Source: Nitrososphaerota archaeon
GTDB lineage: Archaea; Thermoproteota; Nitrososphaeria_A; Caldarchaeales; Calditenuaceae
Direction of reading: 5' to 3'
DNA: 64,000 nucleotides
Assembly: GCA_041641295.1 (NCBI GenBank)
Contig: JBEPYO010000001.1
Span: 352,001 to 416,000 of the forward strand
In this document: piece by piece, positions 1 to 9,054 of the stretch
Position numbering within the stretch: position 1 is the first letter of the stretch
Layout of the letters: each line of letters begins with the position of its first letter
Notes under the pieces: model-generated
Told to the model about the DNA's origin: nothing
What the model saw: only the letters and a program-made list of their open reading frames with translations
The model's database searches: none
Translations under genes and position numbers: made by a program

Positions 1-2
1 AG

Positions 3-101
3 AGACTCTACATTTATTTGGGCGTGACCGCGGCTCTGATCTCAACCATCCCCCTATTCCTGTCAGCCATTCTGGGTGGTTCTAAAACTGCCCAGACTTA
101 A
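3..101 (+). CDS. C-terminal fragment of a membrane protein (truncated by window start)
   Basis: Frame from position 3 reads RLYIYLGVTAALISTIPLFLSAILGGSKTAQT-stop, a hydrophobic helix; overlaps the stop of the next gene tail-to-tail. Confidence 0.5.
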   Translation, partial: RLYIYLGVTAALISTIPLFLSAILGGSKTAQT

Positions 102-357
102 TAGTCTCTAGGAGAGAAATGGCCAGCCATAGCTGAGTCCTGGCGAAGCTTGGGATATTACTGTCCGAGATGATCTCCTCTATCTTCTCTATCGCGTTCG
201 CCGCCCTAACTGCGGGAGAATACTTCTCATTAAAGAGCTCCTGAGAGACCTCCTTAACCGTCCTCCTCACATTACGAGGCATCGTCATGTCATTGGCAAC
301 CGCCTCTAAAATCTGGACAATCCTCTGGCGCTTCTCCTCCCAGGACGAGCCAGACAT
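82..357 (-). CDS. UPF0147 family protein
   Basis: Family motifs DxTxPRNVRR, AVRAANAI, DxNIPSFARTxLWxAISxLE. Confidence 0.85.
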   Translation of the reverse strand: MSGSSWEEKRQRIVQILEAVANDMTMPRNVRRTVKEVSQELFNEKYSPAVRAANAIEKIEEIISDSNIPSFARTQLWLAISLLETIKSGQF

Positions 358-480
358 GCCCCAACACTATCAGGCATCAGACTAACCCATTATATAAGCA
401 TAGACTGGTCATCAAGAGCACGTTAAGAAAGTTGTTATCAGTTAATGGCTTTATAGTCGATTGACGAATCTAGCACCAGA

Positions 481-963
481 GTGAACACAATAGTCGATGA
501 GGTGGAGAATGCCCAAGACTTCGACTCCATCCTCCGCTTAGTCAAACGCGTGGTTGAAGAGAAACTGGGTATGCGGAGGGCTGGGCTCATGCTGGTAATT
601 GCGGATGCACCGCCGGGCGTATTGGCCTTTCATGAGGTGGGCTCTAACGCCATTGTTGTGAATAGGAGGCATTTGGAGGGGTGGATGTTCGGCAAGTCAA
701 GGGCTGAGAAAAATTCATACATCTTTGTTGTTCTCCTCCACGAGTATCTCCACAGCCTAGGAATCTTGGACGAAGTGGAGGTTAGGAGGCTGGTCAGGGC
801 CCTCGTACAGGAATACTTTGGGCCGGGCCACATAGCCACTAGGCTGGCAAGCGGCGAGCCTGAGATGGGGAGAGAGTTTATCCAAGGAGTCTATCTCGGG
901 AGGCCTAGGGAGCCGGTCCTAGTTAGGGATTTTGACACGGAGAACCTGAGCTATATAGGCTGA
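481..963 (+). CDS. Conserved hypothetical protein with HExxH (zincin-like) motif
   Basis: LLHEYLHSLG followed by E; GTG start; AT-rich TATA-like element upstream. Confidence 0.65.
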   Translation: MNTIVDEVENAQDFDSILRLVKRVVEEKLGMRRAGLMLVIADAPPGVLAFHEVGSNAIVVNRRHLEGWMFGKSRAEKNSYIFVVLLHEYLHSLGILDEVEVRRLVRALVQEYFGPGHIATRLASGEPEMGREFIQGVYLGRPREPVLVRDFDTENLSYIG

Positions 964-2261
964 TCAAGCACCCTCTTTATCTCTCCTATCAGGCAATGCC
1001 TCCGCGCATCAACCACTTCTGTCTCCACAAACCTCCCCAAAAGCTCAGCTCCACTCGCCCTAGGGAAGGCGATGGGCCTGTAAGCATAGTTCCGGCCTAT
1101 AGCCTCTCCCTTGGAACCTATCTCGTCAACTAAGACCTCGCCCCTCCATCCCACCCACTCCTCATTCTTGGCGCGAGATATTTCGTTACAAAGCCTCGTC
1201 AGGATTCTGCTCCTTTTGTTCAGCTCCTCGGGGGGAAGGGGCTTCAGTTTAGCGGCCTCCGTATGCGGCCTCGGGTAGAAGCGGGAGATGTTAACAAAGT
1301 CGGGCCTAACCTTCTCGACAAGGCTGAGCGTCTCCTCAAAGTCTTCCCAGCTCTCCGTAGGATAGCCCACTATGATGTCGGTCATCAGCGTAAGATCGCG
1401 GTGGACCTCCCTGAACATCTCAACAAACCTTATGAAATCTTTGACTGAATACCCCCTCTTCATGTCCCTGAGGACCTTATCGCTCCCGCTCTGCACGCAG
1501 AGGTGTAGAAACTTGAAGACCCGATGGTCTCTGTAGGCGTCGACCAAGCGTTTCAATTCGAGCCTCTTAAAGTGGAGGGGATTCATCATCCCCACCCTTA
1601 TGAAATACTTTCCTGGTATGTGGTCGAGGATCGAGCGTAGGAGCAGGGAGATGTCCACGCCTATGTCTCTACCATATGCTGAGCAGTCTTGGGATGTGAG
1701 CCAGACCTCCCGGCATCCCTCCCTAACAGCCCTAGCCACAGCCTCCCGAACCAGGTCAGGCCTGTAGCTAAGCAGGTTGCCCCTAGCCAGCTTTGTTTGG
1801 CAGAAGGTGCAGCCTGAAAGACATCCAGAGCTTATCTCCACGATCTCAACCGCTTTGTTCAGCCGTATGTGTGGGAGGAGAGGCTTCTCAACACCGTCAT
1901 CCGACAGATAGACTCCTCTTCCACCTCCCAACGCAACACCTACGGCCTCTACTATCTTGGAGAGGGAGCGCGGCGAGACGAGCGTAGCTCTGGGCGCGAC
2001 TCGCCCCACCACCTCCGGCTCAGCCTTAGCCATACACCCGGCCACCACTAGCGGTTTACCAAAAGATTGTAGCAGCTTAATCCTGTGAATCATCCGCTGC
2101 TCTGTCGGCGTCTTCACCACACAGGTGTTGATTATGCTAATGTCTGCCTCGCGGGGATTGTCTACAAAGACGTAGCCAGCATTCTGCAGTAGACCCATGA
2201 TTATCTGTGCGTCTTGGAGGTTAGAGGCGCATCCGTAGGTCTCGATGTATACTTTCTGCAA
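951..2261 (-). CDS. mtaB: tRNA threonylcarbamoyladenosine methylthiotransferase (MiaB-like, e-MtaB/CDKAL1 type)
   Basis: UPF0004 domain (ETYGC, INTC, VAGCM), radical SAM CxxxCxxC (GCLSGCTFC), RVGMMNP, C-terminal TRAM-like region. Confidence 0.9.
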   Translation of the reverse strand: MQKVYIETYGCASNLQDAQIIMGLLQNAGYVFVDNPREADISIINTCVVKTPTEQRMIHRIKLLQSFGKPLVVAGCMAKAEPEVVGRVAPRATLVSPRSLSKIVEAVGVALGGGRGVYLSDDGVEKPLLPHIRLNKAVEIVEISSGCLSGCTFCQTKLARGNLLSYRPDLVREAVARAVREGCREVWLTSQDCSAYGRDIGVDISLLLRSILDHIPGKYFIRVGMMNPLHFKRLELKRLVDAYRDHRVFKFLHLCVQSGSDKVLRDMKRGYSVKDFIRFVEMFREVHRDLTLMTDIIVGYPTESWEDFEETLSLVEKVRPDFVNISRFYPRPHTEAAKLKPLPPEELNKRSRILTRLCNEISRAKNEEWVGWRGEVLVDEIGSKGEAIGRNYAYRPIAFPRASGAELLGRFVETEVVDARRHCLIGEIKRVLDQPI

Positions 2262-2313
2262 ACCTCTATGCTAAAAATCAAGGAGCAGGATATTTACCTT
2301 CAACACAAACCCG

Positions 2314-2922
2314 CTAACCCACAGAATTATCAGATCCCTTCAAGAGCCTCAAGGCCCTCTCCCTAGATATCCCAAGCAGGGAGATCAGCCCCTGAGCCTC
2401 CTTGTCCGAGACGTCAGCAAGCCCTTTAGATAGCTGCCTCCAGCTCTCATACCTACTCCACGGATACAGGATCCAGCTACTGGTCTTTACAACGTAGTAA
2501 TCCGGATGGAAGGCCGTCCAAGGCTTAATGTGCAGAACAGCCGTCCTCACATCTTTGGGGGAGAGGGGGGCTAGTATCTTATTCAAGGCTGTCCAAAGCG
2601 TTTTCCCCTCATCAGAGACATCATCTACTAGCAGGACGGTGTGGTTGTCGAGGGGTGGAAGCTTGGGCCAATGATATATATGGACCTCGTCTCTATCGCC
2701 TATTCCCCTGTAACTCTTCAGGCCAAGGGGGTAGACCTCATCTATGGCGAGGATATCTGAGAGGAGGTTGGCCACGAAAAGACCACCCCTTAAAATACCT
2801 ATGATCATGTCCGGCCGATAACTACTCTCTATCCGGGATGCCAGTTCTTCAACCTCCTGCATAATATCTTCCCAAGCAAGGAGCAGGAAACTCCTTCCAC
2901 CTATCTGAACCTCTCTACCCAT
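2314..2922 (-). CDS. Purine phosphoribosyltransferase (HGPRT/XGPRT-like)
   Basis: GILRGG, PRPP-binding VLLVDDVSDEGKTL, WILYPW. Confidence 0.85.
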   Translation of the reverse strand: MGREVQIGGRSFLLLAWEDIMQEVEELASRIESSYRPDMIIGILRGGLFVANLLSDILAIDEVYPLGLKSYRGIGDRDEVHIYHWPKLPPLDNHTVLLVDDVSDEGKTLWTALNKILAPLSPKDVRTAVLHIKPWTAFHPDYYVVKTSSWILYPWSRYESWRQLSKGLADVSDKEAQGLISLLGISRERALRLLKGSDNSVG

Positions 2923-3002
2923 TTTGCGATGCTACCTCACCCTACATAGTGTGTTAGACACGTATTTTAAATGGTGCCTATGGTAGAGAACCGGCGAGAG
3001 GG

Positions 3003-4088
3003 TTGTATGATTTAGCGGTTCTGGGGGGCGGGATTGTTGGTTGTTTCTCCGCCCTAAGAGCCGCCGAGCTGGGGTTAAGAGCCGTCCTAATCGACGAGAG
3101 GGGTGTCTTCGGAGGGGCCTCGGCAAGGTCTGCAGGGGTCTTCACAGTCCAGCTAGACTCCCCACTCGACGTAGAGCTCACAGCTAAGAGCATAGAACTG
3201 GTCAAACAATACACTTCCGAGAAGGCTTGGAAGGAGACTGGGTTCCTCCAGATCGGAAAGGAGCACGCCTTAAGGGAGAGTATTGAGTCGCTTGAAAAAT
3301 GCGGGATAAGATACGAAGTTCTCAACAACCAAGAGATTATGGAAAGGTGGCCCGAGTTTACGGTCGAGCCTGAACTCATCGGAGTGTACACACACCCCGA
3401 CCTCTCTGTCGAGCCGAGGATATTAGGTCGCGAATTGAGGGAGCGGCTGATTGAGAAAGGAGTCAAGATTATTGAAGGTGTTGGGGCTAGGAGGCTAAAC
3501 GTTGTTTCTAATGAGGTCAAGGAAGTGGAACTATCAGACGGCTCGCGCATCTCTGCAAACTACTTCATTCTCGCTACAGGCCCGTGGACAAGGGAGATCC
3601 TACACAATAGCCAAATAGAGGTCCAGACATTCCTCCTCACCTGTTTTGCATACAGGCTTAACCTCGGCAGAGAATTGAACATACCGAGCTTCTCTGACGA
3701 ATACCTCCACACATACTGGCGTCCCTGGGGAGCTACGCTGGTTGGGGGAAGATATGATGCAGAATTTGCTGAAAGCCCTGACCTCTCTAATGCCCAGCCA
3801 CCGAGCAGGTCTTTAAAAATGTCTCTAAAGCTCCTGCTCAAACGGCTAAAAACCCCATCACCTCCAGAGTTGGTCGAATACATGCGCGGTCCCTGCTCCT
3901 TTACAAATGATGGGATGCCAATTTTCGGCCCCATTCCCCGTCTAATTAACGCCTACATCGTAGATGGTCTCGGCGGATATGGACTGATGAGGGGCCCTGC
4001 ACTAGGATATCTAACGGTCGATGCAATTGTCCTGAACCGCGAACTAGACAGATTTAGTGCGTATTCGCCTCTCAGGGCTTTCAGATAG
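3003..4088 (+). CDS. FAD-dependent oxidoreductase (DAO/sarcosine oxidase family)
   Basis: GGGIVG Rossmann motif, GASARSAG, FTNDGMPIFG, GLGGYG. Confidence 0.85.
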   Translation: MYDLAVLGGGIVGCFSALRAAELGLRAVLIDERGVFGGASARSAGVFTVQLDSPLDVELTAKSIELVKQYTSEKAWKETGFLQIGKEHALRESIESLEKCGIRYEVLNNQEIMERWPEFTVEPELIGVYTHPDLSVEPRILGRELRERLIEKGVKIIEGVGARRLNVVSNEVKEVELSDGSRISANYFILATGPWTREILHNSQIEVQTFLLTCFAYRLNLGRELNIPSFSDEYLHTYWRPWGATLVGGRYDAEFAESPDLSNAQPPSRSLKMSLKLLLKRLKTPSPPELVEYMRGPCSFTNDGMPIFGPIPRLINAYIVDGLGGYGLMRGPALGYLTVDAIVLNRELDRFSAYSPLRAFR

Positions 4089-4141
4089 AGCGGGGACAAA
4101 TACTTTTATAGAGAGAAGAGAAAATAACAGTTAGCACGGAT

Positions 4142-5413
4142 ATGAATGCTAGCACTTCAGGCGTGACGAGTGGAAAACTTTTCCTAGAAACAGTTTTACA
4201 AAATGTTAAGAGAGCAACAGAGCTCGCCAACATTCCATCCGACATATACGAGTTTCTCAAAATACCTAAACGCGTGGTCATCGTATCTATACCCATAAGG
4301 GACCAGAATGGGAAAGTGACAAACTACATCGGCTATCGCGTCCAACACAATAACGCACTCGGCCCATACAAAGGTGGAATAAGATACTACCCGACTGTAG
4401 ACTTGGACGAGGTAACAGCACTAGCTATGCTGATGACTTACAAGTGTGCTGCTGTATCTCTACCCTTCGGAGGGGCAAAGGGAGGTGTTGCCTGTGATCC
4501 TAAGAAACTCTCTCTCGAGGAAATCGAGAAAATAACTCGGAGATATACCTACATGATCAGCGAAGTAATTGGCCCCTACGTCGATATCCCCGCGCCAGAC
4601 GTATACACAGATGCGAGGGTAATGGCTTGGATCATGGATACTTACAGCCAGTTGAAGGGGAGACAGGTTCCAGAGGTCGTCACGGGGAAGCCAGTCTACT
4701 TGGGCGGGTGTGAGGGGCGTGAAGAAGCCACAGGGTTCGGTGTATGCGTAACAACTAGAGAGGCTTGTAGAGTTCTCGGCATACCTGTGAAGGGGGCGCG
4801 GATAGCCATCCAAGGATTCGGAAACGTTGGCACATACGCCGCCCTCCACCTGGCAAATCTAGGTGCTAAGATAGTGGCCGTAAGCGATTCGAAGGGAGCC
4901 ATATACAACAAGGATGGATTCAACGTCGAGAAGCTCATAGCCCATAAGAAAAACACTGGCACTGTTCTAGGATTCCCAAGTGCTACACAGATCGGTGAGA
5001 AAGAATTATTGCAGCTTGACGTGGACGTCCTTATACCGGCCGCCATCGAGGGTGTGTTAACAAAGGAGGTTGCCGAAAAGGTCCAAGCTAGGATTGTCGC
5101 GGAGGGGGCTAACGGTCCGACCACAACCGAAGGCTCTCAAGTGCTTCAGGAAAAGGGGATTTTCGTCGTGCCGGATATTCTAGCGAACGCTGGAGGCGTG
5201 ACAGCTAGCTACTTTGAGTGGATTCAGAACCTTCAGAGGGAGCACTGGCCTAGAGAGAAAGTCCTGAACATGCTCGAGGAGAAGATGGTCAAGGCGTTCA
5301 ATGACGTGGTTGAGACCGCTAATAAGATGGAGATAGGAATGAGGGATGCGGTAATGGTGCTTTCAGTCTCTAGAGTGGCATTAGCCGTCCAGACACTGGG
5401 GATTTGGCCATAA
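4142..5413 (+). CDS. gdhA: Glutamate dehydrogenase
   Basis: GPYKGGIRY, GGAKGG, DIPAPDV, QGFGNVG, EGANGP, PDILANAGGV. Confidence 0.97.
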   Translation: MNASTSGVTSGKLFLETVLQNVKRATELANIPSDIYEFLKIPKRVVIVSIPIRDQNGKVTNYIGYRVQHNNALGPYKGGIRYYPTVDLDEVTALAMLMTYKCAAVSLPFGGAKGGVACDPKKLSLEEIEKITRRYTYMISEVIGPYVDIPAPDVYTDARVMAWIMDTYSQLKGRQVPEVVTGKPVYLGGCEGREEATGFGVCVTTREACRVLGIPVKGARIAIQGFGNVGTYAALHLANLGAKIVAVSDSKGAIYNKDGFNVEKLIAHKKNTGTVLGFPSATQIGEKELLQLDVDVLIPAAIEGVLTKEVAEKVQARIVAEGANGPTTTEGSQVLQEKGIFVVPDILANAGGVTASYFEWIQNLQREHWPREKVLNMLEEKMVKAFNDVVETANKMEIGMRDAVMVLSVSRVALAVQTLGIWP

Positions 5414-6135
5414 CCACCACAGACTATCTGTCTTTTTTTAACTCGGCAACACTACTCCTAACCCTCTTTTATGCCTCCTACCGAGACCTTAACGAGAGGC
5501 TTGTCGACGACTGGGTCTGGCTCACCTGCGCATCGATAACAACGCCCATCACAGCCTATTCCTTATTACTAGGAAGCCTGAACCCGCTGCTAGCCATTGT
5601 CTCCATAGCCTTAACGATCGTGCTCTCCGTTCTATTCTACATGGCCGGACTCTACGGCGGCGCTGATGCAAAGGCGTTGATAGTTATAGGCCTCGCATCC
5701 CCCCTCAGTACAGGTGGAGAAAGATACCACCCATTCACCCCATTAAGTGTCCTCCTTAACGGACTAATAATCTCGCTCGCTATACCAGCAACCCTCGCAC
5801 TAATCAACACCTACAGGGTCCTCATAAGGAGGGAGGACATTTTCCGAGAATTCAAACATGAGAAAACCCACCGGAAAATATTGGCAATCTTTCTGGGAAC
5901 AGTTCTAAAAAACCCTGAGAAACGAAAATACTGGGCTCCTATGGAGGAGTTTAGCGGGGAGTGGCGGTTTAGATTCACGGTCGGTATCGAAGAGTTCTGG
6001 CGGCCGCTAAGGCCCGGCGGGTGGGCAACACCGTCGATACCACTTCTTGTGCCAATGCTCGGAGGCTTACTGCTAAACTATGCGATCGGAGACTTATCGG
6101 CGCTACTTGTTAAACTACTGACCCTTCGTGGCTAG
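5404..6135 (+). CDS. pibD: Prepilin/prearchaellin peptidase (A24, PibD/FlaK-like)
   Basis: ASYRDLNER and GGADAK catalytic aspartates, multiple TM helices, C-terminal TPSIPLLVP. Confidence 0.85.
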   Translation: MAITTTDYLSFFNSATLLLTLFYASYRDLNERLVDDWVWLTCASITTPITAYSLLLGSLNPLLAIVSIALTIVLSVLFYMAGLYGGADAKALIVIGLASPLSTGGERYHPFTPLSVLLNGLIISLAIPATLALINTYRVLIRREDIFREFKHEKTHRKILAIFLGTVLKNPEKRKYWAPMEEFSGEWRFRFTVGIEEFWRPLRPGGWATPSIPLLVPMLGGLLLNYAIGDLSALLVKLLTLRG

Positions 6136-6447
6136 CCTCTCAATCTCCCTGAACGAGATACCCAGACTCAAGACCTTCCTCAGCGGCTTAACAACAGTCT
6201 TTAAAATCTTCTCAGCAGCTATTCTCCTAGCTACAACAGTTTTACCTTTCCTAGTGAGCGCCCACTTCCTCGACCTCCTAGTACCCAGAGGCTTGATCAG
6301 CCCCTTCCTCTTCATCTTATTCAGTGAAAGATATAATGTCGGCTTCTTCAGTTTTGTGACCCGCTCGATGTCTCGTATCGACTTCTCACCTTTGATTAAA
6401 GCCTTCATGATTATAGGCTCTGACGAGCCTTTGGGAAGCCTCTTCAT
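6115..6447 (-). CDS. Basic winged-helix DNA-binding protein
   Basis: wHTH pattern SIRDIERVT-KKPTLYLSLNKMKRKGLI-WALTRKG. Confidence 0.7.
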   Translation of the reverse strand: MKRLPKGSSEPIIMKALIKGEKSIRDIERVTKLKKPTLYLSLNKMKRKGLIKPLGTRRSRKWALTRKGKTVVARRIAAEKILKTVVKPLRKVLSLGISFREIERLATKGQ

Positions 6448-6499
6448 GCCGTAGAATTATTAAAGCACGTTCTATATAAAATTTATTTTCCCACCATAA

Positions 6500-7045
6500 T
6501 CAAACAATATTTTGAATTCCCCCTATAAAGTTTTGTACAGCCACTATTATATAGTATTCAATAAAGGCCGCAGCTAAAATGACCAATGAGAACAGAAGCA
6601 GTGTCAAGAGATAGTATTTTATTTCAACCCTAGCCTGCTTCTTCAATATTTTGTAGCTCATTATAATGGAGCCTGTTACCATCCCGCCGTACCCTATGAA
6701 TTCCAGCAGACCATAGACGAGGAATATTGGTAGAACGACTAGGAGTGCTGGATTGGAATCTGTTAACATGGCCATGGCCGCGAAATATCGTCCCGTCTCG
6801 TATATGATCCATCCAGCAATGAGAGGCCCTGCAAAGGGTAATGCCATCAATAAAGAGAGGCCGAAGTTGTTGATGAATATGAAGTAGGGTGAGTCGACAC
6901 GTTTTGCAAGTTCTTCAAGCTGCTCTGAAAGCTGCTCCGCCTCTGAGGGGCTTAACGAGGCCTGCGACCCTAGAATCAGCACGCCGTATAGAGCGACAGA
7001 GACTATTAACGTCATGATGAGCCGTTTCTTAAAGTTTGGCCTCAT
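6500..7045 (-). CDS. SpoIIM-like (DUF95) membrane protein
   Basis: IFINN, YGLLE and LAAFIE motifs; several TM helices. Confidence 0.75.
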   Translation of the reverse strand: MRPNFKKRLIMTLIVSVALYGVLILGSQASLSPSEAEQLSEQLEELAKRVDSPYFIFINNFGLSLLMALPFAGPLIAGWIIYETGRYFAAMAMLTDSNPALLVVLPIFLVYGLLEFIGYGGMVTGSIIMSYKILKKQARVEIKYYLLTLLLFSLVILAAAFIEYYIIVAVQNFIGGIQNIV

Positions 7046-7065
7046 GCCATTATAGTCTAATACAC

Positions 7066-8106
7066 CTATGTTTTTAGCCTTGCTAGTTCACGCCTTAGCG
7101 CCGATATTTTGCTTACTGGGAGTGGATCGATGTTTTGCAGGGCTGCGTGATAGACGCTGACGTAGTCGGACCACATTATAGCTGAGAGAACCACCTCTGA
7201 TAGGGTTCCATCGAACCTCGCCTCAAACACTTTTTCCCCGAGAAGTTCCTTCAAAAACTCTAGCTGGATCCTAATCGACTCGTCCTCCCCGCTCCACCGA
7301 TACATTATGTACCTGTCCCGCCTAGTATCTGGTAGTGCCTCGAGGGTGTTGTGCATCGCTTCGGGAACATCGATAACCACGCACGGCCTCTTCGCGTTTT
7401 CGTTCAACTGGTTCTTTAGGCGCAGTGCTACAGGGTGTAGAGTGCTTTCCGATACTGCGTGGGGTAGGTGGTCCAGCAGGAAGATGGCTGCCTGCTTGGC
7501 CGAGTTCTCAGGTAAATCTGCATGTGCTGAGAAGGACTTTTTCGCCTTCTCAAGAGACTTGATGGAGGTTGTTAGCTCTTTCTCCGCCCCTGCCACTATG
7601 CCTGCAGCGTCAAGTATGGAGACTGCCGCACCAACCATCTCTGGAACTGCCATCCGCGGGGCCATGCCTCCCGTAACTTTTACTGTTGGGATTCCCCCAT
7701 CTAACGCCAATCTCTCTAATGAGCCTCCTGAACATATCGCCACCGCCTTGGCACCACTATGCAACACTCTTCGAGCAGCTCTCAGAACTTCTAGTGTCTC
7801 GCCAGAGTAGCTTAATAGAATCACTAGGGTGCTAGGTCCGACCCATGAGGGAATTGAAGCGGTCGTATAGGTTATCAATGGGGTCTTTGACCTCTGTTCG
7901 AAGAGTGTGGAGACTATGTGCCCCACTATTCCTGAGCCGCCCAGACCATAGAAAACAACAAACCCCACATCTGTGGCGGGAACATGTACTCTCTTTGCAG
8001 CCTCTATGCCGCGCATGTAGAGCTCTCCCTGCCTATCGATCAGCTGCAGCATAGTGTCTATCGCGGTCCTACTCTTCAGCGACTCCGCTGAGACGAGAAA
8101 GTTCAT
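7066..8106 (-). CDS. Bifunctional phosphoglucose/phosphomannose isomerase
   Basis: GLGGSG, SYSGETLE, QLNENAK, PEAMHN. Confidence 0.9.
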   Translation of the reverse strand: MNFLVSAESLKSRTAIDTMLQLIDRQGELYMRGIEAAKRVHVPATDVGFVVFYGLGGSGIVGHIVSTLFEQRSKTPLITYTTASIPSWVGPSTLVILLSYSGETLEVLRAARRVLHSGAKAVAICSGGSLERLALDGGIPTVKVTGGMAPRMAVPEMVGAAVSILDAAGIVAGAEKELTTSIKSLEKAKKSFSAHADLPENSAKQAAIFLLDHLPHAVSESTLHPVALRLKNQLNENAKRPCVVIDVPEAMHNTLEALPDTRRDRYIMYRWSGEDESIRIQLEFLKELLGEKVFEARFDGTLSEVVLSAIMWSDYVSVYHAALQNIDPLPVSKISALRRELARLKT

Positions 8107-8110
8107 GCCG

Positions 8111-8947
8111 TCACCTCTCCACTCTAACCTCTAGGGCGCCAAGCCTTTCAAGCATCGCCCTCACCATCTGTTCCGCTTTAATTAGATTTGCTTCTGCCTT
8201 TTCCTTTGTTAACTCCTCACTCACAAGTTCTATCCTAGTAACCGAAACTCCATCTACGATGCCACTGGGATGAGACTTTAGATACACTTTTCTTTTGAGC
8301 GACCGATATATTTTTTCTAATTCCTGCGCATAAACAGATTCAGGCACACCCTTCACATCGAGCCAAATCCTAACGCGGTGTAGTCTCTTGGCCTCTTTCT
8401 CCATCCTCGGCTTGACTTCGTTTTCGAATATGTCCATCAGTTCTCTAGGTACACCCGGTAGAGAAACTATGTTCACACCTTTTATCTTTACTAGGCAGCC
8501 GGGTGCAGAGCCTGCGTTGTTTCTGAGAGCCGTGGCGCCTTTAGGCATGATAGCCATCTTTAGTCTTGCTCTTGTTAGCTCTGGGTCCTTGATGATTCCT
8601 TGGGCGTGGAGCTTCTCGTACCTCTCCTTCAGCATTTTGAGCGCCTCTTGGTTCACAACCAGTTTCCTCCCAACAGCCTTGGCGACGGCCTCCAACGTAA
8701 TATCATCGAACGTTGGCCCTAGCCCTCCACTGGTTATTATCCACTTCGCACCCCTCCTCATGGCTTCCTTAATGGCCCTGCTTATCTCGGAGATATCATC
8801 CCTCACCGTCGTGATCCTTCTCAGAGTTAGGCCGAGCTCGTGTAATTTTGAGGCGAGCCAGCCGCTGTTAGTGTCTTTTATGGAGCCGTTAAGAATCTCA
8901 TTCCCGATGATTATTATCTCGCAGATTGTGCCTTTCAGTCCTGCCAT
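8111..8947 (-). CDS. CinA-like molybdopterin-binding-fold protein (COG1058)
   Basis: IGNEILNG, DTNS, GGLGPTFDDIT, GSAPG, LPGVPRE. Confidence 0.9.
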   Translation of the reverse strand: MAGLKGTICEIIIIGNEILNGSIKDTNSGWLASKLHELGLTLRRITTVRDDISEISRAIKEAMRRGAKWIITSGGLGPTFDDITLEAVAKAVGRKLVVNQEALKMLKERYEKLHAQGIIKDPELTRARLKMAIMPKGATALRNNAGSAPGCLVKIKGVNIVSLPGVPRELMDIFENEVKPRMEKEAKRLHRVRIWLDVKGVPESVYAQELEKIYRSLKRKVYLKSHPSGIVDGVSVTRIELVSEELTKEKAEANLIKAEQMVRAMLERLGALEVRVER

Positions 8948-9054
8948 TTCAAATGTGTAGACTGCTCGCTAATCAATTAAGATTTAGTGGAGCCTTGAGA
9001 CTGCCCCCGCCTGTTCGCCGCATATAACCTTTTTATCCATTCCCGTATGGATGG

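Noticed and set aside
365-415. TGATGA...CTGA on the minus strand resembling a C/D sRNA
   Set aside because: No terminal stem or internal boxes; the interval contains the TATA-like element of the UPF0147 gene
2978-3550. 190-aa antisense ORF, and the many similar shadow ORFs in the track
   Set aside because: Ser-rich mirror frames of well-supported genes with no motifs of their own
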